Position numbers and translations under genes: made by a program
Notes under the pieces: generated by a model
Database searches by the model: none
Seen by the model: only the letters and a program-made list of their open reading frames with translations
What the model was told of the DNA's origin: nothing
NCBI GenBank assembly: GCA_964016885.1
Contig: OZ024745.1
Coordinates: 120,900,001-120,964,000, forward strand
DNA length: 64,000 nucleotides
DNA from: Eledone cirrhosa
Taxonomy: Eukaryota
Reading direction: 5' to 3'
In this document: positions 1-10,089 of the stretch, one piece after another
Numbering within the stretch: position 1 is the stretch's first letter
Layout: the number at the start of each line of letters is the position of its first letter

Positions 1-435
1 TGAGGTCAATTTGATAGACCCTTCCAAAAAATTGTTGACCTTGTGCCAACATCAGCAAACTCTATTTTATGTTCTGAGTGGATTAGCAGTATTGGTAGAG
101 CATCAGACACCATGCTTTACAGCATAGAGTTATGGCCCTTTATGTTCAGTGTTCAAATTCTGCCGAGGGGTTGATAAAATAAAACACCAGTAATGCACTG
201 GGTAATTAGCCTTGTGCCAAAAGTAAAAAGAATTATTTGATGTCCTGAGTTAAAATCTCAACTCTGTGTCATTTATCTTTCATCCTTCAAACATTGATAA
301 TTAGTTTATTTTAAGAATATTTTAGAACTGCACAAATCTTTGAATCAGGTGCCATTTCTCACTCTTTGATATTCTCTGAGTCTGAGAAATATTTGTGATG
401 AGTATTTGTAACATTTTAGGAGTTTTTTTAGTCTT

Positions 436-650
436 TTAACCTTTTAGCATTTAAACCAGCCATATCCGACCAGAATCTCTCACCTCTTTCTAGTCAAATT
501 GGCCATAACCAGCTGTTCATACTTAAGTTAAGGTATTGTTCTCAAAATAAATAATATCAAAATTTCACAAATTTGATTTCATAGGAGATAAAGTGTTTAC
601 CATGAAAATACAATAGTAAATATAGAGTAATGTAAATGTTAAAGGATTAA
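436..650. mobile_element. piggyBac-type MITE family A (~210 bp, TTAA-flanked); about 11 copies in the window
   Basis: Family pattern is TTAA-CCCTTTAGCATTTA...TAAATGCTAAAGGG-TTAA (this copy slightly diverged). Other copies at ~19911-20128, 32560-32873, 34529-34743, 35288-35500, 37027-37212, 38469-38687, 48808-49223, 52625-52843, 55984-56192 and 59395-59804. Confidence 0.85.
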
Positions 651-855
651 ATATCAGATACTGTGTAAAGCTCATGTAGTATTTGACACTAAATGTAAAG
701 TTACGACACAAAATTATATTTAGAAATGCATGTTAAAATAATCACTGGTTGGTAAAGTAAGTGATGTGGTCAATTTAATCAACCACACCTTAAGAAGTGC
801 CCCAGCATGGCCACAGTCTAATGACTGAAATCAGCAAAGGAATAAAAGAATAAAT

Positions 856-856
<1 letters not shown>

Positions 857-905
<49 letters not shown>
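857..905. repeat. (CA)n microsatellite
   Basis: Perfect CA run of about 24 units. Confidence 0.95.
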
Positions 906-908
<3 letters not shown>

Positions 909-1638
909 CTCACATAGATGTATATAGACCATGTTATTTTAAAGAAATATACCTAAGTTTCTTTCTTCCCTCCCACAGAATTTGCCCTGTAAACCTCAAA
1001 AGAGATCTCCCGCCCACCAAACTGCTGAAATACCCCAGCTGTACCTGACAATATATATCTCACAACCCTTTACAGTGCCCCTACTTTACACTACTCCACC
1101 TAACTATACTACTAAACTAAAGAGCAAGTAGTAAGCAGGACGGTGGGGGGGAGCAGGGTGTATTTATTACATAACACTATTAATGTTTTACAACAGCTTG
1201 ACTCATTGGTCTGTGTGTGTGTTGCTTCATTACAACAACACATACACACATATAGACCACACCTTCCTCCCACATATATTTAGATACATTTGACATTTAT
1301 AAACTATAGACAGACACACAGACACAGACACTTCTCTACATGTGTGTGTACACATGTAGACATATACATACATTAATACATTCATATATATGCTTCAACC
1401 TCTATTCTTTGCTAGGCAATATTATTTCTATCTCTAAACTTACTTAGCTATGCTCCCCCTTAAGTACCGTCATGGTAGACTAACTTGTCTGAAAGACACC
1501 AATAGACTAATATCTTTAGATCTCTGCGACAGTGTAGCCACAACTATTTATTATTTGTCATTATATATGTGTGCATGATACTAGCTGTTTCTCAACTAAA
1601 TATATGAAAGAGACTTTTCTGTATGTCATTTAAATTTG

Positions 1639-1678
<40 letters not shown>

Positions 1679-1681
<3 letters not shown>

Positions 1682-1791
1682 CTAAAATCAGTTCCCGTCC
1701 CACCCTTGCAAGCAGGGAAAAGCGGACGTAAAATGAAATGAAAATGAAATGATGAAGTACCAATCAGTACGAAACAGAGCTCTGTCAGCTT
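1679..1791 (+). ncRNA. Type I hammerhead ribozyme disrupted by a ~66-bp SINE-tail insertion
   Basis: Order is AAGCT (1679-83), insert 1684-1749, TGATGA-A, GTAC caatca GTAC, GAAA, CAG agct CTG, TC, AGCTT (1787-91). Stems II and III and the GUC site are intact. Core C3 is lost and the stem I 5' strand is displaced. Confidence 0.75.
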
Positions 1792-1953
1792 TATCTCCCC
1801 TGTTTGCTGAAAATTTAAAGTAAGTGAGACTGTCACTACTCTAAAACAATAGTGTAAGGTCTTCTAAATGCTTTTAATTAAGCATACAGTGTATTGCAAA
1901 ATACACTATATATACATTCATATATATATATCGCTATTTCAGAGCACCAATTC

Positions 1954-2026
<73 letters not shown>

Positions 2027-2141
2027 CAAATTTATATGGGAACAAAACAGAGAGGCAGACAAATAAAAGTTTATTAGGTTCACGCTTTATATATCTATAT
2101 ATATATATATATATATATATTCCTATTGTGTATATGCCAAC

Positions 2142-3419
2142 ATGTCTGGAAAGCAACAAATGAAATCAACAGAATCAGAAAGAATTCTAAAGGAGATATC
2201 ATCGAAATTATCAACACTTATCACGATGATTGACACACAATCCTCTATTTTAAAGGAAATAGAAAAACAATCTACAGACAGAAAACTTATAACTGAACAT
2301 ATAAACTCTGAAATTAAGAATTTCGCTGAAATTATACCAACAATTATCAAAGATACAAGAGAAAGTCTACCACAACCCCCTTGGATGTCAGAACTAAACG
2401 AAAGAAATTGGGAAAACAAAACACATTGAATAAGAAAATAAATGTGGAAGACATGGAAAACATTCCTTAACATAAGAAAACAAAACTTCTGGAAAGCATA
2501 CAAATGCGAAAAATATGTCAAAACACATTCGAAATGGCTCTCTCTAACGGCACCCATACTCCCTCGTAAATACCTAATTACAGAAATTGCAGGAGAACCA
2601 GAAGAAGAAACAAAACTCCGATGGGAACTTACATTGACAAAATTCAGGACCGACATCTCCATTTCTCAATGTAAACAATCCTGCTACAAAGCCAAATATG
2701 AAGCTATTGATGACCAAATTGAAGTCGAAATTTCAAAGCTAATGACTGGTAATATAACTGAAAAACTACGAGAACTATGGATCAGAGATATCTCAAAAGA
2801 AGAAAGCAAATCAAGAAAGGTATGGCAGCAGAAACAATTATTTCTCGACGAATATGCTGTGAATTACGGTAAAGACTCTGGAACCCTGAGAAAAAGCATT
2901 AAAAGTGGACAATCTCACCAATACAACATACGCCAGAACACGTGCCAACATAAACACTCACCTTACCTTGAATCAAAGAAGAACTATGGTAAGAACTCTT
3001 CGCTTTTTCTACAAAAACACCCTAATGCACACAACATGAATAAAAAGCACAAACACGATAGATATTCCTTTGACCAAACCATGAGAAGTAGAAAAACCAG
3101 GAGATCATTCTCAAGATCTCAACAGAGACTTGCCACAAGGAACGGGGGAAAAAACTGTAGAATAACCAGATCACTCTCAAGATCTCAACAGAGATTACCC
3201 ACAAGAAACTGGGCGAAAAAACGATCTAAACCTGAAAGCAAACCTAGGTCATTTCCCCAGATTGTTAAAAATAATGCTAACAAGAAATGGAAAAATAATA
3301 TACATAATACCAAAAATAGGACAAAAAACATAACAAAACCAAATATATCACGACCAAAAGTTCATCAAGCAAACACCAACAGGAATATAAATCCTGAACA
3401 GAGAAAAATCCATTTTTAA
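2142..3419 (+). pseudogene. PLE upstream ORF1 (~425 codons, helical N-half and basic R/K/S-rich C-half), two in-frame stops
   Basis: ORFs 2142-2429 and 2442-3419 are in the same frame, separated by TGA (2427) and TAA (2439). The ORF abuts the RT ORF. Confidence 0.65.
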
Positions 3420-5895
3420 CATCAGGACAACAAAAACTTGGAAAAGAAAAACTCCAGGAGGAAACATACCCAAAACAACTGTACACGTAGATCCTAAAAT
3501 AATTAATTTATCCAAAAGAGATCTTGACAATGATGAAATGCAAATTCTGTCAAAAGGACTGAAATTCACACCGACTCCAACAGTCAACCACCAAGAACTG
3601 AAGGAGGATACCCAAGAATTCTGTCGAAAATTATGTCTTGTAGAATTCTTCGCTGATAAAAGTAATGAGAGTGATGAATCACTAGTAAAGAATAAATCAA
3701 ATTTCACTCCGCCAAAAGGAAGAAATATCTATCTCGACCAATACATTGACAACCTGTCTAAATTTCCTCTTAGACGTAATACTAATCTTAGGCCAAACAT
3801 TAACAAATCACATAAATGTCTGCACTTAAACGTATACAAAGTGATAAAACAATAATAATTAAACAAGCAGAATGAGGGGGTGCAGTTGTTATAATGGATG
3901 CTGAATACTACAAAGATTTGGTTGAGGAACAACTGAAAGACACAACATTCTATCATGAAATACCGTCAAATATAGACTACAACATCATGAAGAAGATCAA
4001 TAACCTGGCTTCAAAATACCACAACTCACTTACTGATAAGGAAAGAGACTACATCACCAATTTTGAGCCAAAACCCAGCAACCTGTATGGCCTACCGAAA
4101 GTTCATAAGTCAAAAGAAATACAACTGGCAGTAAAAACACAAAACAGTGAGTACATTAAATTACTACACTCAAAAGACTTAAAACTTAGACCTATTATAG
4201 CTGGTCCAACATGCCCTACCCACTGTCTAAGCAATTTTGTTATTGGCAGTATCGGTAGAGGGTCGGACGCCATGCTTTCCAGCATAGTTACGTCCCTTTA
4301 CGATCTGAGTTCAAATCCCGCCGAGGTTGACTTTGCCTTTCATCCTTACGGGGTCGATAAAATAAAGTACCAGTAATGAACTGGTGAATTGCTGGCCTTG
4401 TGCCTAAAGTAGAAGCAATTATTTTGAAACCACTATGTATTCACATACCCAGTTTCATCTGGGATGATATCAACTTCCTGTCCCATCTTCCCAAAACCAC
4501 GGAAACGAATTCACTTCTACTTAGTTTTGATGTGGTAAGCCTTTACACCAACATTACACATGAATTAGGAATAAAGGCAGTTAAATTCTGGGTGGTAAAA
4601 CACAGAGAAGTGATTCCCACCAGATTCACAGCGCCATTTATATAAGACGCAGTCAGACTTATTCTGGAAAACAAGCCTTTCTTCTTCAATGGAAAGAATT
4701 ATATCCAAATTAGAGGCACAGCGATGGGAATGAAGTTTGCTCCCGTTTACACGAACTCTGTAATGGGATACTTAGAACAACAACTCTACCAAGAAATAGA
4801 GTAAAAATATAGCACTGGCTTTAGAAAGTACATGGAAAAATCTTGGAAGAGATACCTTGATGACTGTTTCATCATCTGGACAGAATCTCTAGATACTCTG
4901 GATGAGTTCAATATCCTCCTGAATAACCTACACCCATCTCTCCAATTCACAAAAGAGATGAGTAGTACCAAATTACCATTCCTAGATATAATGGTAATCA
5001 AAAACGACACCACCATTACCACGGATATATATTATAAACACACAGACACCCATCAATATCTGAATTTTAAGTCGTGCCATCCACCTCATACAAAACGCAA
5101 CATCCCATACTGCCTAGCCAGAAGAATTTGTATCATTATAGAAGATACGAATACCAGGAACAAACGCCTAACAGAACTGAGAGAATTTTTGCTCAAACAA
5201 AAATACCCATCTCTACTTATAGAAAATGGCATACAGCGGGCTATAAAATTACCTATACAACAACTTAGGACAACCCAAGGAAGAAGAAACCAAGAACTGG
5301 TCATACCATTTATAATGACACACAACCCATGTCACCAGAATATCTTCAACACTGCCAAAGCAAACCTACCGATCATTGCTCAAAGTAATGAATTAAAAGG
5401 CTTAATCACAGACCATTCTTTGACTCTTAGTAAAGACAGCCAAAAAATTTGAAGCAATTACTAACAAAAGCAAAGTTTGACCTTAACAACAACGACCAAT
5501 CATTCACTGTATCTAAATGCAATGATAGTCGATGTGGCACATGTCAATCCATACACGCCAGTCAATATATGAACACAAAAATTGGAAAAATATTCCCAAA
5601 TGCAAATATGAACTGCAAAAGCAGAAATCTAATTTCCTGCATTAAATGCCCGAATTGCCAAAAACTATATGTCGGTCAAACTGGAAGTGCACTATCGGAA
5701 CGTGCACGGGTGCACCGACAGCAAATCAGAAACCCAAATGTCCGTCAGATACCCCTGAGTAACCATCTAGCAACATGTGGTCAGAGAATATTTATAATAT
5801 TTCCATTCTACAAATTACACAGCCCAAGTGAAATCAAGAGAAAGATCAAAGAAAAGAATTTTATTGATAAATTCCAACCCAAGCTAAATGAATGA
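3415..5895 (+). pseudogene. PLE reverse transcriptase-GIY-YIG polyprotein, disrupted
   Basis: Fragments 3538-3855, 3894-4240, 4422-5452 and 5449-5895 carry PLE RT and GIY-YIG motifs in order. Confidence 0.9.
4242..4421 (+). mobile_element. tRNA-derived SINE family 1 (Nin-domain-like core) inserted in the PLE RT
   Basis: B-box-like GAGTTCAAATCC plus core GCCTTTCATCCTTACGGGGTCGATAAAATAAAGTACCAG. It interrupts the RT reading ...LSNFV|ILKPL. More than 15 full or partial copies, e.g. 77-237, 13676-13866(-), 23835-24030(-), 24195-24410, 32962-33125, 38067-38215(-), 44690-44877(-), 57394-57584, 57597-57817, 60338-60521(-), 62268-62481(-). Confidence 0.9.
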
Positions 5896-6231
5896 CTACG
5901 ACCATGTCATGTCGACTACCACCACTAACAACAACAATAATAATAATAAAAGTGATGTTGATGGTGATGATTACTAGAAAATGCTATTTTCATCATTTCT
6001 AAAAATAGCAAAACAATTGATGCTTTGGATAGGGTTAAACAGTAGTCACTCAACCAACCGTGACACCTAAACCAATCAGCTTTAGTAATCCAGTGAAACT
6101 ACACACCGATTGGTCGAAATACAGTTTGCAAAATTTAGCATCCTATGGCTGCTTTTCACTGTATATAAGGCACAAAATTTACCCATCTCATTACAGTTGA
6201 AAATTGTAAACTTGACTGTCATCACAGAATA

Positions 6232-6270
6232 TGAACCTGAAGATTGCGAAAGCATGAAAGTACTTGTTCA
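6232..6270 (+). ncRNA. Minimal type I hammerhead ribozyme in the PLE 3' region
   Basis: TGAAC-CTGAAGA-t TGC gaaa GCA t-GAAA-gtac-TT-GTTCA. Stem I is 5 bp and stem III is the palindrome AAGTACTT, as typical of PLE hammerheads. Confidence 0.85.
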
Positions 6271-6403
6271 ATTAACATTTAACATTTAATATTCTACCAT
6301 ACTATTTCATTATAATACCATTATACATTTTAAAGGATTGTAAATAAAACGAGTAAATCAGACAAAGTTGGAATTCCTTTTATTAATATATATATATATA
6401 TAT

Positions 6404-6752
6404 ATATTGTTATGCTTTGGGAGGGTCATGTTGCCAATAAGAAACACACGCACCAGTTGCTTTCACTCCAATTTATTATAAATTAAATTATAAATTTAAA
6501 AAATTTATAAATTTCCGGTTGGTTGGTTGGTTCCACAACCAGACGGTTGTTCATATATTGTCAAAGTTCTTTCGTTACACATTCTGTGACCTCTTTAGTA
6601 ACTGGGATTCTTTTCACACAAAAACAAGATGGCGTAGGACAGGACAAAGGAGAGGCACAAAACAAAGAAAAGAATCCCCAGTCACTGAAGAGGTAACAGA
6701 ATGTGTGACGAAAGAACTTTGGCAACATGACCCTCCCAAAGCATAACAATAT
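6404..6752. repeat. Nested inverted repeat containing two head-to-head hammerhead-like copies (PLE pLTR-like)
   Basis: 6404-6437 pairs with 6719-6752, and 6562-6612 pairs with ~6667-6721. Plus copy 6681-6723 reads GTCA-CTGAAGA-g GTAACA gaatg TGTGAC-GAAA-gaac-TT-TGGC. Minus copy 6560-6602 has core CTAAAGA. Confidence 0.7.
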
Positions 6753-7255
6753 CGGTTTGAACACACGTTTTCAGATAAAGAATCTTGCTAAACAAATTCA
6801 GAAACGATATATATATATATATATATAAAATATATTATATATATCATCATCATCATCATCGTTTAACGTCTATCTTCCGCGCTAGCATGGGTTTAGACGG
6901 GAATTGTCCAACTTGAGGCAAGATTGGTCGTCTTGCTCGTATAGGACTGTCTGGCAGGTTTTCTACGACTGGATGCCCTTCCTAACACCAACCACGTTTA
7001 CAGTGTGGACTGGGAGGTTTTTACCATGTTACCTACACGACCACATTACAGCATGGACTGTGTGTTTTTTTGTTGTGACACCTACACGACCTCATTTATT
7101 TAGGACTGGATGTTGTGGTACCAACATAACTTTACAGATAAACGGGTGGTGTAGGTGGGGATGGGGGTAGTTCTGTATTACTGCGTAACGCCAAAGAACT
7201 CGGTCCAGTGACATTGTCTTGGAGAGGTGTAAGTGTGTAATATATATAATATATA

Positions 7256-7750
7256 TGTCAGGTTGCTCTCGACTGCTACTGGTAACATGTAACCCAGTAC
7301 AACCTGTCTCATGGTCGGGTCGTCGGCGACTAAACCGGCAACCCCACCAAGCTTGCTTGGTGAGGAGGTTGATATTTGGACACCCTACAGGATGAAATAC
7401 AAGACCCGGGAAAGGGTGGAGGAACTCAGCAGAGTCAATGGCCATCCAAATAGTACTTTTCTTCTATTTTCTTTTTCTTTCACCTAGGCGTGAAGAGCCC
7501 CCAGTTGTCACAACAACTTTCTAGGAGAGGGAAACTCTGAAAAACATCTGCGGCTTTGGAAGCATCCGATGATGTTGAACAGTTCTCCTTTTCAGGTAGT
7601 GTTTTCGATGTTCAGAGAGTGGGATTGGTCGAGTGCAAGGCCTTTCCCCACTTAAAAAACCTTCAAAACACAGGCATTGCGTGTTCAGGATCTGTTACAG
7701 GTTCGTATGGCTGGCCGTAGCCTAAAAGTGCACCATTTTCTGTAATCTGA
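7256..7750 (+). repeat. Interspersed repeat, probably the 5' region of an RTE-type LINE or SINE (second copy ~14175-14360)
   Basis: About 180 bp shared with 14175-14356 (TGCTACTGGTAACATGTAACCCAGTACAACCTGTC...AGAGTCAATGGCCATC). Confidence 0.55.
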
Positions 7751-7900
7751 CAAGCGATCGCAGTACTCTTAGCAGAGTTTGCAGCCATCATATATATATA
7801 TATGTGTGTGTATGTGTGTGTGTCCTGGGTCCAATTGGGGATAACTACAGTAAGTAAGGTACTCAATACATAGCAGAGTATAAATATTTAATATAGAAAT

Positions 7901-7952
7901 GGCTTCTACAGGACTAGAACTGTTTCATTTGAAGAAAATCATCAGGAAAGCC
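7901..7952 (-). ncRNA. Type I hammerhead ribozyme (minus strand)
   Basis: Reverse complement reads GGCTTTC-CTGATGA-t TTT cttc AAA t-GAAA-CAG ttctagtc CTG-TA-GAAGCC. Core intact, GUA site, stem I with a 1-nt bulge, weak stem II. Confidence 0.75.
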
Positions 7953-8734
7953 TGATATATATAGTGAGGATTTTTTATGGACGTGTCGGTAGTTGATTGT
8001 AGCTTGCTGTGTGGTGTGGTCACTGTTGTGTGATACAGTGTAACCAGAGGTTGCATGTGTGTAGGTAAGTGAGTAAGTGTTCAATAAGATGATTATATGA
8101 TAGTTCCTTGATCACGCAGAAAATGAATATATATAAATGAACCACGATAACACCAAACCTCTATATTATTAGTTTATTGAAAATAACTCACGCTGGAACT
8201 ATATGAAAAGTAGACAAGAATTATGTACGATATTTGTTTGTTTGTAAAAGTATAATTAAATTCTATTTACCAAGAAAACTTTATGAACTTCACTGGCTTG
8301 GTTAAGAGAGAGACCAAGAGATAGAGATGGAGTGAAAGAGAGAGAGAGTAAGAGAAAGTAAGAGTCTGTAAGACCCTAAGAGGTCTGTAGAAAGCAATAG
8401 TTTACATGTTTACTCTATCAAGAACTGCTGCTGGCTTGATTTAAGGCAGGCTATTTATCTCTGTCGCTTCCTCTGTCCCCAAGCCTCGAGAACAAAGGGC
8501 TGGCTTTTAGAGGTCATCCACTCTCAGACCTGTTGATGCCCGAAAGGAGATAACCCAAAAAATAATCATTAAATCCAGGGATCAAGGTGTGGACATATAT
8601 ATATATATATACATATATATATTTAAATTTCGTATTTCTAAATTCCGTATAAAGATTTAGAAAGTCATAGCTATGAAAAACACACTGGCAACTAACACCA
8701 CCCAGGGTGCCCAGCAGTTGCAAGAGCAGGAGAG

Positions 8735-8778
8735 ATCGTCCTGATGAGAACCAGTTGAGTTCGAAATGCATCGACGAT
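8735..8778 (+). ncRNA. Type I hammerhead ribozyme, perfect consensus
   Basis: ATCGTC-CTGATGA-GAAC cagttga GTTC-GAAA-tgca-TC-GACGAT. Stem I 6 bp, stem II 4 bp, palindromic stem III, AUC site. Stem I can extend through GCAAGAG (8720-26) and CTCTTGC (8784-90). Confidence 0.9.
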
Positions 8779-9181
8779 TGTCCCTCTTGCTTCTGGTGGA
8801 TACCACAGGTTGATGTTAGCTATGGCTTTCTAAATGTTTATTTATAATCATACCGTATTTCTTTAGAAATATAAAATTCAAATACATATTTGTATACATG
8901 TTCGAAGCTAAATCCTAATTATATATATAATGTAGGTGTCACGACAAAAAAACACACAGTCCACGCTGTAATGTGGCCGTGTAGGCAACACGGTAAAAAC
9001 CTCCCAGTCCCACACTGTAAATGTGGTTGGTGTTAGGAAGGGCATCCAACTGTAGAAAACCTGCCAGACAGTCCTATGCGAGCAAGACAATCACTCTTGC
9101 CTCAAGTGGGAATACCGCCCGTCCAAACCCATGCAAGCGTGGAACACGGACGTTAAACGTTGATGATGATGATGATGATGA

Positions 9182-9250
<69 letters not shown>

Positions 9251-10089
9251 ATATTTAATATAGAAATGGCTTCTACAGGACTAGAACTGTTTCATTCGAA
9301 GGAAAACATGGGTTAACTTCCACCATATATAAATATATGCACCCAGCCTACTCTGCAAAGTGGTAGAGGTGGTGCCATGAGGAAGAGTACTTAATCCACC
9401 TTGTAAAGTGGTGATGTTGATACCATGATAAAAAGCACCCAGCCCAAACTGTAGTGAATTAGAGCTGGTGCCCCAATAAAACACACTCAGTACACACTGA
9501 AAAGTGGTTGGCATTCAGAAGGGCAACAAGAAGTGGAAACCATGCCAAAATACATTTTATGAGCATGGTGTGGCCATCTGACCTATCAAATCTCAGTACA
9601 TGGCAACTCATCTAACACATGTCAGCATTGGAAAATAAACATAAAATACTGGTGATGATGATGATGATGTATATATTTTGTGTGTGTGTGTATGTAAGCA
9701 TATAAAGTAATGTATGAAGTTATGAAAGTTACAGAAGTCATTTTAGCATAACTGATTAGAAAGCTAATTAGCTTAGATGGGATGCAATGTGCATTTCTAC
9801 CAACCAGGTATTGAAGATGGTTAGAGGTTAGAGAATTGGATTCACAATCGTGAGGCTGCAAGTTCGATTCCTGGACCAGGTAATGTGTTATGTCCTTAAG
9901 CAAGACACTTTATTTCATGCTGTTATTTCTGTCAGGTGTTGGTACCAGTAGATAGTATTAGCAATGAAAATACTAATGGAAACATTGTTTCCTTGGTCTG
10001 ATTCGATGAATTCCAACCCACTTGATAAGCGAATGAGGTCTTGGTTCCTGTCTATTGATTCGATGGATAGATAGTGATAACAGTGATAT

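Larger units (their letters stand above)
2121..6385 (+). mobile_element. Penelope-like retroelement (RT + C-terminal GIY-YIG endonuclease), decayed, flanked by (TA)n
   Basis: Motifs in order: INLS..LSKGLKFTPTP, LYGLPKVHK, LRPIIAG, SFDVVSLYTNI, GTAMG, RYLDDCF, LPFLDI, C-x4-C-x2-C linker, CxxC-LYVGQTG..R..H. A hammerhead lies in the 3' region. Several stops and frameshifts, and a SINE inserted at ~4242-4421. Confidence 0.93.

Noticed and set aside
2427-2441. In-frame TGA in the PLE as a selenocysteine codon
   Set aside because: It is followed four codons later by TAA in the same frame, the other internal stops checked are TAA, the conserved Cys codons are TGY, and no convincing SECIS is seen.
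8527-8560. CTGTTGATGCCCGAAAGGAGATA as a hammerhead
   Set aside because: Both core segments are mutated and no stem I or III partner exists. At most a decayed relic.
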